DNA from: Octopus bimaculoides
Lineage: Eukaryota
Reading direction: 5' to 3'
DNA length: 46,359 nt
Assembly: GCF_001194135.2 (NCBI RefSeq)
Contig: NC_068985.1
Span: forward strand, 32,034,803 to 32,081,161
Part shown: positions 20,957 through 33,135 of the stretch, piece after piece
How positions within the stretch are numbered: the stretch's first letter is position 1
How the letters are laid out: each line of letters begins with the position of its first letter
Notes under the pieces: model-generated
What the model was told of the DNA's origin: nothing
Seen by the model: the letters and a program-made list of their open reading frames with translations, nothing else
The model's database searches: none
Made by a program: the position numbers and the translations under genes

Positions 20957-23540
20957 ATCATCATCATTGTTTAACGACTGCGTTCCATGCTGGCATGGGT
21001 TGGACAGTTTGACTGAGGGCTGGTGAGCCAGAAGGCTGCACAGGGCTGCAATGTGATCTGGCAAAGTTTCTATGGCTGGATGCCCTTCCTAACATCAACT
21101 ACTCTGAGAGTGTAGTGTGTGCTTTAACATGCCACCGGCATCGACCACGCTCAAATGGTGTTTTTACATGTCACAGGCACAGGAGCCAGTCAGGTGACGC
21201 TGGCAATGAACACACTCAAATGGTGCTTTTTATGTGCCACCGTCACAGGAGCCAGTCAGGCAACACTGGCAATGATCATGCTTGAATGGTGCTTTTAACA
21301 TTCCACTGGCATGGGTGCCAGTCAGGTGGTACTGTCATCGGCCATGACAATGATTTCACTTGCCTCAACAGGTCTTTGCAAGTGGAGATTATTGTCCAAT
21401 GTTTGAAGGGTACTCTTAAATGGGCTGGTTATGCAGCACTGACATAGGCCACTGTTATGGTCTCACTTGGCTTTCCAGGTCTTCTCAAGCACAGCATATC
21501 TCCAAAGGTTTTGGTCACTTGTCATTGCTTCGGAGAGGCCCAATGTTCAAAGGCCATGCTTTACCACCTTGTCCCAGGTCTTCCTGGGTCTACCTCATCC
21601 ACAGATTCCCTCAACTGCTAGGGTGTGACACTTTTTCACACAGCTGTCCTCATCCATTCGCAACACATGACTATACCAGTGCAGTCCTCTTTCTTGCACA
21701 CCACATCTGGTGCTTCTTATGTCCAACTTTTCTCACAGGGCGCTTACACTCTGTCATATATGCACACTGACATTATACGTCCAGCGGAGCATACTAGCTT
21801 CATTCCTTGCAAGCTTACACATGTCCTCAGCAGTCACAGCCCATGTTTCACTGCCATGTAGCATGGCTGTTTGCACATATGCGTCATAGTCTACCTTTTA
21901 CTCTGAGCAAGAGGCCTTTTCTCACCAAAGCTCTCTGAACTTTGCCTAGGCTATTCTTATTCCAGCAGCTACACTTTCAGAGCATCCACTCCTGCTACTG
22001 ACTTGGTCACCTAGGTAATGGAAGATATCAACTACTTGTAGTTTTTCCCCCTGGAATGTGACGGAAGCTGTTCTCTGAAACATTTTCAGTGTTTTATTGT
22101 TCCTGAGCATTTGCCACACAAAAACTAATTTCCCAGTTAGCCTTTCTTTGATATTGCTGCACCTCTTATGTGTCCATAGCTTACACTGGGTACATCTTAT
22201 GGAGTTTCTACAGATTGAGCAGGGCCATCTACTTGAAGGGATTTGTGGTTTGTCAGCCTTACTACTTATTAAGACTTTGATTTTTGCTAGGTTGACTCTA
22301 AGGCCTTTTGATTCTAGTCCTTACTTCCACACCTGAAACTTTTCTTCTAATTCTGATAGTGACTCAGCTGTTAGAGCAAGGTCATCAGTATAGAGATGCT
22401 CCCAGGGGCATCCTGTCTTGAATTTCTCTATTATTGTCTGGAGGACTATGATGAATAAGAGGGGGCTGAGGACTGATTCTTGGTGGACCCCTACCTGGAA
22501 TTCTTCACTGTACTCATTGCCAACCTTCACCTTACTGACAGCATCCCTGTACATGGCTTGTACAGCTTTCACTAACCATTCATCTATCCCTAGTTTCCTC
22601 ATTCCACCAGATAAGGTGTCAGGGAACCCTGTCAAAGGCTTTGTCCATATCAACGAAAGCTCGGTACAGAGGTTTATCTTTGGCTAGATATTTCTCCTGC
22701 AGCTGTCTTACCAGAAATATAGCATCAGTGGTGCTTTTCCCTGGCACGAAACCAAACTGCATCACATCTAGACCGACTCTCTCCCTAATAAGTTGGGCTA
22801 TAACTCTCTCCATGACTTTCATTATCTGATCCAACAACTTGATACCTCTGTAATTATTTGTATCTAATGCATCACCTTTACCTTTGTAGCAGTTGACTAT
22901 GGTGCTGCTACACCAGTCATTAGGTATGACTCCTTCATGTATGACCTGATTGACTATACGGGTGACTAGACTACAGCCAACACCCTGTGGTGATTCCTGA
23001 TGGGCCAGGGTCTTTCCCTGTCTTCATATCCTTAATTGCTTTATTTACCAAGGCACTGTCAATTTGGATAGCTGGTCCCTCTGTTGGGTCAACATTCAGT
23101 AGACTCTCTTTCTCCCATTCATTCTCTTCATTTAGCAACCTTTCATAGTGGCATCTCCAAGTCTCTCCTAGCAGCCTCTTTAAATGCAAGTGAACCGTCA
23201 TCCATGCGAGCACATTTCTCTCTCATACACTGTCTTGTAACACAAAACACCTCAAGTCTTTGGTCCTCACAATGCAGAACATTGGCAAATTTTTTATCTG
23301 CTTCCCTTCTGGCAGTCTGATGCAATTCCCTGCTACCACTGTTTCTTTTCCCTTATGGCCTTCTCAGCTACATTGTTCCACCACAACGTTGAGAGGGGAC
23401 TTCGCGCCATCCACAGATGGGATCACTACTACTTTATTATCTCCCCTTCTTCCTAACTCTCCTGTGAACCTTCTGTTTGGCATTCATCATGATAGATCGC
23501 TAGCCACTACACATTCTTTTTTTATCTCTCCTTGTTTCTT
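20957..23540 (-). mobile_element. 5'-truncated RTE LINE (RT domain, PHD insertion, 3' UTR, (GAT)n tail), frameshifted
   Basis: KVMERVIAQLIRERVGLDVMQFGFVPGKSTTDAIFLVRQLQEKY...FVDMDKAFDRVP; GVHQESVLSPLLFIIV; LYTDDLAL; catcatcattgtttaacg tail at 20957. Confidence 0.92.
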
Positions 23541-23725
23541 TCTGTGGAAGAGTGTAGGCTCAAAATGTTAAAGACTTTTTCACTTCCCGAGCATTATACT
23601 AATACATCTGTTTATTTTCCACACCACCTATATATATATATACAATGGCCTTACAGGTAGTCTTGTATGGCAGAACCAAAAGCAGCCTCAGAGAGGATTG
23701 ATATCAAAATGTTAAACACAAGATT

Positions 23726-23860
23726 ACAATTAATTTACATTTGACGGATATTCGTCCTCATCTTGTTTGTTGTTAACACAACGTTTCGGCTGATATACCC
23801 TCCAGCCTTCGTCAGGTGTCTTGGGGAAATTTCGAACCTGGGTTCTCATTCCTATTGATG
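23726..23860 (-). mobile_element. Penelope-type pseudo-LTR / retrozyme-like short repeat
   Basis: Contains acgtttcggctg...cagccttcgtcagg, the hammerhead signature typical of Penelope-like element termini; followed by (TTA)n. Confidence 0.65.
23775..23820 (-). ncRNA. Minimal type-I hammerhead ribozyme motif
   Basis: Minus strand GACAC-CUGACGA-A-GGCUG(gagggUAUAU)CAGCC-GAAA-CGU-U-GUGUU: stem I GACAC/GUGUU, stem II GGCUG/CAGCC, palindromic AACGUU stem III. Confidence 0.75.
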
Positions 23861-24631
23861 TTACTATTATTATTATTATTATTATTAAATATAGAACTGT
23901 ACAAGATTACAAGTTTTTATTTTCACTATATTGTATGGATCCCTGAGGTAAGGGACCTAACTCCGTCTGTGGTAGAAGGTAGTGAATTTTTGAAAAAAAC
24001 CATACCACCTATGCTAAATGCTGAAAAATTTGTTGTAAATCAAAAACTATATACCCTCTATTTAGATGAAAATTCTCTCAATTGTCAGGTGATTGCAAGC
24101 GGCAATGTTTTGCATAGCGAAATTGTTGGCGGCATCAACATGTGAGTTTATCTGTCTGGCATGCCAGAGCTTTGACTTGGCCTCAATGATAGTGCTCTTT
24201 GAGAGTAATAGAAATAAGTTTTTGCAGCATATTTTTGATTGTCAGGTCTTGTACTACTGGTTTTGGAACTTAGCACTGTGTGAAGGTGAAAACTCTTTGC
24301 CAGCACCCTTAAAGAAAGTAGTCTCCTTTTCTCACTTCAAAAGGTCTTTTTGTGAGATTTATATACAACCTCTCTTGTATGAGACTTTGTGCTAAACTGG
24401 CTGCCAGATTAGCAACGAAAACAATGAAATTTGATACCCCATCATCTGTATTGCATTGTGCCTATGGCTAACATGCTTTTGTTGGTTCAGTCCACTTAAC
24501 TATCAGTTTCCATCTACCAAATCCACTCACAAAGCTTTGATTACACTGGGGAACAAATGCAAAAAAAATTTTTGGTGCTTCAGGTTTTAGACCTGATTTT
24601 AGATATGTTCAATCCTCCAAATAAGAATATG

Positions 24632-25435
24632 GGATCTTTTCCCTTTGAATGGCACATCGAGAAATTAATTTTTTGTAACTAAACACTTTCAAACTTCGGA
24701 CACTGGTAGAATGTGTCATATAAAACATCTTTTACTCTTAGTGTTGTTGAGAAAAGTTTATATTTTCAAAGTTATTTTGTGTTAAAGTTGTCATATTTCA
24801 GTAATTTCAACCAATCAATGACGTGTATTCAGCTGAATAAAATTACTGCCGTTGTTTGTCAACAACAACTATCGGAGGTGTATATTTTGTTTGTCACTGT
24901 TTATTTATGACATTGCTCGTGCGTTTGTACTGGTTTTAGCTTTAGGGTTAGGATTAGGATTTTAGGGTTAGAGTTACGGAAAAATGTGAAAAATGAAGAA
25001 ATTGGAGGAGGGAATGTATTTCCAAAAATAGTAGCTGAAAAACAGGGAGAAAAAAAACTAAAAGCAGTAGAAATGCACGAACGATTGTGGTGATACCATG
25101 AAGTAAACATGCTTCAGATACACTTGTTTATTCATACAAACGTAACTGGGATGAAATATATCATAAATTACAGTGACAAACGAAATATACACCTCCGATA
25201 GTTGTTGACAAACAACAACAGTAATTTTATTCAGCTGAATACATGTCATTGATTGGTTGAAATTACTGAAATATGACAACTTTAACACGAAATAACTTTG
25301 AAAATACAAACATTTCTCAACAGCACTAAGAGTAAAAGATGTTTTATGTGACACGTTCTACCAGTGTCCGAAGTTTGAAAGTGCTTAGTTACAAAAAATT
25401 AATTTCTCGATGTGCCGTTCAAAGGGTAAAGATCC
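24632..25435. mobile_element. 804-bp foldback MITE with ~280-bp TIRs, GG termini, 8-bp TSD
   Basis: 24632-~24910 is the reverse complement of ~25157-25435 (also seen as near-identical opposite-strand ORFs); TSD agaatatg (24624-24631) / agaatacg (25436-25443). Confidence 0.88.
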
Positions 25436-25542
25436 AGAATACGTCCTTCATTTCTTTCTAGCAGCTCTACTTTTTGAGGTAATTTACAATGAATCTGGGA
25501 TAGGCTGCCAACATGGCTATTATAGAATCAGAGATGGTCTGT

Positions 25543-25640
25543 AATGTAGTTGACAAATACTTGAATACTTATTTAAATACAATGCATATTTAAAATATCC
25601 TTTGTATTTAAATAGTATTAAGGTATTTGTCAAATACATT
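25543..25640. repeat. ~98-bp AT-rich palindrome (possible tiny TA-flanked MITE)
   Basis: aatgtagttgacaaatacttgaatacttatttaaataca versus tgtatttaaatagtattaaggtatttgtcaaatacatt. Confidence 0.7.
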
Positions 25641-27069
25641 AGAGTCAACCTAGCAAAAACCAAAATCCTAATAAGTAGGAAGGTAGATAAAACACAAACC
25701 CCTTCAGGTAGATGGCCCTGCTCAGTATGCAGTAAAGGAGTAGGTAGTAACTCTGTAAGATGTACCCGGTGCAAGCTATGGACACATGAGAGGTGCAGCA
25801 ATATCAAAGGCAGATTAACTACGAAGTTAGTTTTTGTATGTGGCAGATGTTCAGGTGCAATAAACACTGTAAACAAACAGGAAACAACTTCTATCTCATT
25901 CCAGGGAGAAAAACTAGAGGTAGTCGATAGCTTCCGCTATCTGGGTGACCAAGTTAGTAGTGGGGGTGGGTGNNNNNNNNNNNNNNNNNNNNNNNNNNNN
26001 NNNNNNNNNNNNNNNNNNNNNNNNNNNNNNNNNNNNNNNNNNNNNNNNNNNNNNNNNNNNNNNNNNNNNNNNNNNNNNNNNNNNNNNNNNNNNNNNNNNN
26101 NNNNNNNNNNNNNNNNNNNNNNNNNNNNNNNNNNNNNNNNNNNNNNNNNNNNNNNNNNNNNNNNNNNNNNNNNNNNNNNNNNNNNNNNNNNNNNNNNNNN
26201 NNNNNNNNNNNNNNNNNNNNNNNNNNNNNNNNNNNNNNNNNNNNNNNNNNNNNNNNNNNNNNNNNNNNNNNNNNNNNNNNNNNNNNNNNNNNNNNNNNNN
26301 NNNNNNNNNNNNNNNNNNNNNNNNNNNNNNNNNNNNNNNNNNNNNNNNNNNNNNNNNNNNNNNNNNNNNNNNNNNNNNNNNNNNNNNNNNNNNNNNNNNN
26401 NNNNNNNNNNNNNNNNNNNNNNNNNNNNNNNNNNNNNNNNNNNNNNNNNNNNNNNNNNNNNNNNNNNNNNNNNNNNNNNNNNNNNNNNNNNNNNNNNNNN
26501 NNNNNNNNNNNNNNNNNNNNNNNNNNNNNNNNNNNNNNNNNNNNNNNNNNNNNNNNNNNNNNNNNNNNNNNNNNNNNNNNNNNNNNNNNNNNNNNNNNNN
26601 NNNNNNNNNNNNNNNNNNNNNNNNNNNNNNNNNNNNNNNNNNNNNNNNNNNNNNNNNNNNNNNNNNNNNNNNNNNNNNNNNNNNNNNNNNNNNNNNNNNN
26701 NNNNNNNNNNNNNNNNNNNNNNNNNNNNNNNNNNNNNNNNNNNNNNNNNNNNNNNNNNNNNNNNNNNNNNNNNNNNNNNNNNNNNNNNNNNNNNNNNNNN
26801 NNNNNNNNNNNNNNNNNNNNNNNNNNNNNNNNNNNNNNNNNNNNNNTGGCATATAAAAGACACTATTTCGAGCGTGGCCGTTTTCGTGCGGGTGACACGT
26901 AAAAGCACCCACTACACTCTGAGTGGTTGGCGTTAGGAAGGGCATCCAGCTGTAGAAACTCTGCCAAATTAGATTGGAGCCTGGTGTTGCCATCCGGTTT
27001 CACCAGTCCTCAGTCAAATCGTCCAACCCATGCTAGCATGGAAAGCGGATGTTAAACGATGATGATGAT
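25641..27069 (+). mobile_element. Young 5'-truncated RTE LINE (end of RT with PHD finger, gap, 3' tail)
   Basis: RVNLAKTKILIS...C4HC3...GEKLEVVDSFRYLGD in an open frame; 3' tail almost identical to 41645-41876. Confidence 0.9.
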
Positions 27070-27518
27070 TATGATTAATTACCATCTGTGATTTTATATT
27101 GACCCTGTAGGTGGCCTCTTCCAGATTCATTTGTGGGTAGCCATATTTGTCAATAAATGTACTCCTCATGAGCCTGTTACAGCGAGTGTTTCTGTGTAAC
27201 ATTATAGAGCATTTTGCTACCTTGGTGACATCTCTTCGCTTCCCACTGAGTCAGTCTTCTCTTGATTTTGAGATTAAAAGGTTGGTATTCATTAGATGGT
27301 GTATTTCCCTTCCCACCAGATTTCAAAGGGGTAGGCCCATCCTCCAAATTACTGTCAATATTTTTCTTTAAATTGAGCATTGTCAGCTGAATCATTCTTG
27401 GTGTCTTTGTAGGCTGCAAGGTATTTTACATGGAGCTTACTTATTCAGCAGAAGACTATTTCGTAAATTTATTTTCGTTTTTGTCTGATATTTATTTTTC
27501 TCCCTTACAAGTGATAAC

Positions 27519-28870
27519 ATGTCTTCCTCATGTAGAAAGTTTTTGAATCATCCAGATTGCTTTATGTTACATTTGAGGAGAGTATACATTCAGGGAACAG
27601 AGAAAATCCATTTCTGATTTTGTGAAAAGGGCATACTTAAGCTATTTCAAAATAGAACTAGGAGACCAAGGTCAGACATGGGCTCCACATTATCTGTAAA
27701 ACATGTAACGAGAGTTTTCAGCAGTGGACAAATGGTATGAAGAAAACAGAAAAGATCATTATTTCTGCCACATTAACATAAGGGGCATTAATGGACATAA
27801 TCAGAGTAAATAGATGTATCTGGACTTAGACTTGGCAAAACAACCTGTTGTACACTCAGATGAAATACCAGTCCCATCATTCATTAATCTAGAAGTGCTC
27901 CCTGAATACGAATCCTGTTCTTCACCTACAAACAGCAGTCATGATGCCAGTGATTTTGAAGGGACCTCATCAGTGGTACAAGTTTTTAATCAACAGGAGC
28001 TCAAGCTCTCAAAGAAATCAGCAGAATTGTTGGTGTCTAGACTAGCAGAGAAGAATTTATTGCATCTGGAAACCAAGATCACATAGAGAAAGAGATTTGC
28101 TGCTATTCTCCTCAGAAGAAAGTGATTTTGTTTTCTGCAACATTGTTCAAGGCTCGCTGATGAAAAACAGGCATATCACAATATCTACCAAGCAAATGGT
28201 GGTTGTTCATCGACATTCTAAGTGGAGTTTAAAATGTGTGCTTCTACACAATAGTAACAAATATGGATCAATCCCAACTGATCACTCAACTAAGATGACT
28301 GAAGAGCAAAAAACAATTGCCCTGGTCCTACACAAAATATCATACTATGATCACCAGTGGTCCATCTGTGTGGATCTACAGATGGTGAATTTTCTCCTGG
28401 GCCAACAAAGTGGATAAGTATCCCTGCTCTATCTATCTCTAAGGATGAGCACTGGGTGAGAAAACAGTGGCCTCTGAGAAAAAAACATGGTAGTAGGAGA
28501 AAAGAATGTAACTTCAGAACCATTGGTTGGCCAGAATAAGATCATTTTACCACCACTGCACATCAAATTAGGTGTAACGAAACGGTTTGTAAAGGTTCTG
28601 AACAAAGAAGGGAGATGCTTTGGGTACAGCTGCAGAAAATTTCTAGCACTGAGTATAGAGAAGCTAAAGGTAAGTATTTTTGACAGTCTGCAAATCAGAG
28701 AACTCATGAAAAATCCACATTTCAAAGATTCAATAAACTATGCTGAGGCACATGCATGGTCTTCTTTCACTATGGTTGTACAAAATTTTCTTGGGAACTA
28801 TATTCAAAGTGACTGCCCTGGCACAGCTCACTGAAAGAAATCTTTGAAGTGCTACTTTTGTGAGGTTTCT
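27519..28870 (+). pseudogene. Chapaev-3-like DNA transposase pseudogene
   Basis: MSSSCRKFLNHPDCF...LGDQGQTWAPH; SLKCVLLHNSNKYGSIP; WSICVDLQMVNFLLGQQSG; KNVTSEPLV..IILPPLHIKLGVTKRFVKVL...AWSSFTMVVQNFLGN; many frameshifts, stops and deletions. Confidence 0.8.
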
Positions 28871-29756
28871 GAGTAAATGAACAGTGCATCAATGACAACT
28901 TTCTATGGTTGTTTCATTATTATCTTATTCTCTGATGTAAATTCTTCATAAATAAAAGAAATCTACATGTATGAATTCGTTTTATTAATCTGGAAAGCAA
29001 AAATAATGATTTGTACTCATCAATCCTAGTGTCTGATTGATCATATGCATTAAAATTAGGGTGTATCATATCTCAGTAACCAGAGAGTGATGGAAAAAAC
29101 TAATGGTATATTTAGAATCAGCGACCAAAACTTACCAAAAAAGAGGTCTAATATCCCAGACACCAATTTTCATGTTCCCCAGTTTTACCTTACTACAAAC
29201 CTGCACTTCTTTCCTTAAAGTTTCTTGTTCCATTATAAATACTTTTCACTCTACCTTTTCAATTTTCGTTTTAAAATGAAGTTTGTCTCCTTAGGCTATG
29301 AGGACTTCGAGAAATCTTTTTGAAGCAACAACCAAAGTTACACTGTATTTATATTGTAGGTAAAATGAATCTTTAAAATACCTTTTTTTATTTTCAATCT
29401 AGCATTTATGGATTGTTTTCAACATAACATATTTCACTTACTGCTCTAGACACAACTATGAATTAGGCAAACTATATGTTATCAACCATGTACAATATAA
29501 TAGTCATTTCGTTACAGTAGTAGTTGCAATGTTCAAGTCAATGGCCATACAGCAAATAAAGCCATTATAGTAATCGTTTTTTCTGCTGCAAAGGTATTTG
29601 AAACATCTTACAAAAGCGCATGTGGCATAGTAATTAATATCTTAAATAATTTTGCTTTTTATGTATTAAAAAAATAAGTACCTGCAAAGAATCCATATCG
29701 AGCAATCAAATTAAACAAGTGTGTGTTTATGTATATCACTTTTTGAAGTTATTTCT

Positions 29757-30625
29757 ACAGAGTTTCTATAAAAATCAGAGCCAGCACTAAAAATTATTTT
29801 GTATAAATCTATATAAACGATGAGAGCACACCCAACCCCATTAACCATCTATGAATATATTGCTTAAATAGCCACTAAATTTAGCAGTAAAACACAATTG
29901 GATATATTAATTTTACATATTAAACTCATTCCTGTCAACTGGTATGTAAATATCAATTGCTGGTAGGGACACAATATTTAGCTATGCAGTCATGATATAC
30001 TACCAAGTATATTAAAAGCTTATAAGTCAATACTGTGTCCTACCTATGTTAGCAGTGTGATTCAGAGTTTCTATAGAAATTTGAGCCAGCACTAAAAGTT
30101 ACAATGCTCCATATACAAATAGATTTATGTAAACAATATAATCAAAGACAAAAATAGGCAATGGGTGTATATGCATATTTCGGGAGTTATTGCTGCTTCT
30201 TCAGCCCCACATCCAACCTATTAACCATCCACGAACACATTGGTTAAATAGTCACTAAATTTAGAAGTAACTTAATTGGATATACCAATTTTATAAATTA
30301 AACACATTCCTGGCAACTAGTACATACACATCAATTGCTGGTAGTAATATGTTCATGGATGATTCAAGGGTTGGATGTAGTGCTGAAGAAGCAACAATAA
30401 TGCTCGAAATATGCATATACACCCATTACTTACTGTTCTATCTTCAATTGCATTGTTTACATACATGTATTCATATACAAAACCTTGTAACTTTCAGTGC
30501 TGGCTCAAATTTCAATAGAAACTGTAGAGTGATTGAATCGCATTGCTAATACAGGTAGGACACTTAAATATACTCTGTAGTATATTATGGTTGCATAATG
30601 AAATACAGTATCCTTACCAGCAATT
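29757..30625. repeat. ~306-bp unit in tandem (2 copies) plus a third inverted copy
   Basis: cagagtttctata...gagccagcactaaaa...atcaattgctggtag at 29757 and 30063; 30347-30625 is the reverse complement of ~29955-30240. Confidence 0.8.
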
Positions 30626-30644
30626 ACTATATATATATCTATGT

Positions 30645-30972
30645 GAAGGTGCATAGCTCAGTGGTTAGAGGGTTGGGCACACAACGATGAGATAGTGATT
30701 GATTCCCAGACTGGGCTGTGTATACACATTGAGTAAGACACTTTATTTCACATTGCTGCAGTTCACTCAGCTGTAGAAATGAGTTGTAGTGTGACTGGTG
30801 CCAAGCTGTATTGCCTTTGCCTTTCCCTCAGATAATATCAGTGGCATGAAGAGGGGGAAGCTGGTAATATGGGTGACTGCTGATCTTCCAACAAACAACC
30901 TTGCCTGGACATGTGCCTTGGAGGGTAACTTTCTAGGTACAATTCCATGACTCCATGACTAAAGGGGGTCCT
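30645..30972 (+). mobile_element. tRNA-derived SINE
   Basis: A-box-like tagctcagtgg, decayed B-box gattccc, core ttgagtaagacactttatttcac...cactcagctgtagaaatgag; ends at a (TA)n run. Confidence 0.7.
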
Positions 30973-32941
30973 TATATATATATATATATATATNNNNNNN
31001 NNNATGCCAGCTCAACTTGATTCGTCTTTATTTGTCGAAAGACACCTGTTGTTATTTTCTTGTTTGTAATTGTGTAACATGTTCTCCATTTTTTTGTCTT
31101 TGTTGCCGTACACATTCACTTACTTTCTCTCCCAAAATTTAATGCTCTTAGCTTAGATTTTTGGGGGAACTTGCAAATGACCCTGTCCTTGTTTTTTCCT
31201 GTCCATCTTCACATAGTCTGTCTGTCTGAAAGTTTTTTATTGTTGTCTGTTGCGTTCTTGTTCCATTTTTTTTGGATTTACATATACATACGACTGAAGG
31301 GAGTCCTTATATGTATATATGAAATTGATCTTATTAAAAATGCTTTCAACAAAAAAAAATCTGAGACAAAATTTAACAAAAATGAAATATAACTATTCAG
31401 GGGCATCACTTAAATGGTGCATTTTGATCAACAGAGCAAGCAGCAATTGAAGTTTTAATTATGAAAATATTCAGTTCATCTACTCAATTACAACTAGATA
31501 AACTGACCTACAGGACAACAGTGTACATTCCGTTACTGATTCTATATTAAGAAACATCACTCTTACCAGTCTGTTGTAAATAAATATCTTGAATACATAT
31601 TATTGAATTAAGAACTGCTGAATGTGTTTCATTCTCCTGCAGTTCAAATCATAATATGGATACACACTGGTGAAAAACTTCAATAAAATCAATATGACTG
31701 TTCACACATTAAGGGATGCATCTAATTAGGAAAAGTTTAAATTCATCTTGAACATACTTAGATAAATAAGGAAATAAGTTAAATAAGAAAATAATGGAAT
31801 TCGATAAAATGATATGAGGTGATAAAATAAAAATTTTGCTAGAATTTTTATGAAACAAAAACTTCTAATAAGGATATGTCAAATTTTGTAATATGGCCTT
31901 GAAAATTTCTTAGAAAATACTTAATCTTTGGTTTTTAAGATACAAAATTGCAGTCCTTTGTTAGGAATCAAAGGTTAAGAAACTTTATTACCTAGCATGA
32001 ATCACTACCTTTGTTCTAGATCATGTTAATGAAATTCTTTGAAAGTTTCTTAAGATAAAAGCTGATTAAATGCTCACAGTGAAAAGAAAGCAACATTTAA
32101 GTTAATATATAAAAGTTTCTTTTATCATTGCACAAAAAGATAAGTTTTGATAGGGTTTGAATGGTCAACTCGTTGGCCATATCAGTTACATATTAACTGT
32201 TGCCATTTTGCTTTCTTAAAATAGTTTTCTGAATGTGTACTATTTAAATCTCTATGGCAAGTGTAAAATTCTCCTAAAAATATATAAATGTACATAAAAC
32301 AAACATCAGAAGTATGGTGGCACTTGCCTTAGAGCCTAAAAGCAGCACTCACAAACAATATATTATATACTAGCTTTTTTTCACATAGGAAACTTTCAAA
32401 GAATTTCATTTCAATGTTGTTGATACCAAGTGATCAATTAGCAATGGTAGGGAATTGGTTTAAATGCTTTGTTCCTTTATGTTCTCGGTTTCAATTTTGC
32501 TGCGGCTGATTTCCTTATTCACCATTCTAGGAGCAAACATTCTAAGATGTTAGAATCAACAAAACTGACTGCTTTTCTTTACTTTAAATATTGGCCCTGT
32601 GTCTCAAAATAATATACTTAAGTTGTCATTATTGGTATCTGATTACTAATACAATAATGGAATTATTTTTACTCTCCCCTACCAATTTAAGTTTTATAAT
32701 GATGGTCGATAAATCTGAAAGATCTATGATTACACTTCTCAATTGTAGAATTTTAGAATAAATACTGGAAAGCATTGTTTTTGATGATGTTATTTCATGT
32801 TCACGTATACTTGCCAATCTAGGAATGGGATGGATTCTGAAAATGCTAATAATTACATACTGCAAGAAAAACTTGACAGCTGGAAGCACTTTACACAGCT
32901 AACTGCTCAAACAAGAAATATTTCTTGTTTTATCCTTTTAA

Positions 32942-33135
32942 CCCTTTAGCATTTAAACCAGCCATATCTGGCCAAAATATTCAGCTGTGTTTTATCTTCA
33001 AACTGGCCACATCCAGCCTCACTTCTACAATATTATTCTGAAAATAAACAATCACATTATTGAAATCTCAAAGCTATAATGTAATGCATAACTAATTCAA
33101 ATCAATGTGAATACAGAAATATGAATGCTAAAGGG
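32942..33135. mobile_element. piggyBac-like MITE
   Basis: TTAA flanks; 12-bp perfect TIR ccctttagcatt / aatgctaaaggg. Confidence 0.82.

Larger units (their letters stand above)
24544..29184 (+). mobile_element. Probable Chapaev-3 (CMC) DNA transposon, inflated by nested insertions
   Basis: TTA|cactggggaaca... at the left and ...tgttccccagtt|TTA at the right (inverted ends, 3-bp TWA TSD); transposase remnants at 27519-28870; superfamily assignment from recalled motifs. Confidence 0.6.

Noticed and set aside
23950-24420. Possible coding remnant on the minus strand
   Set aside because: Partially open frames but no recognisable motif or splice pattern.
24713-25354. Duplicated small-protein genes (MSYKTSF.../MSHKTSF...)
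   Set aside because: They are the two arms of the foldback MITE read on opposite strands.
31004-31300. Penelope-like terminal repeat or ribozyme (gtcgaaagacacc)
   Set aside because: Any catalytic core would be in the gap or absent; stems cannot be formed.
31658-31685. C2H2 zinc-finger linker IHTGEK
   Set aside because: No Cys/His ligands in frame upstream and a stop follows; chance match.
32629-32889. 86-aa ORF with IHPIP (SK-channel-like word)
   Set aside because: Five-residue coincidence with no further homology or convincing exon boundaries.
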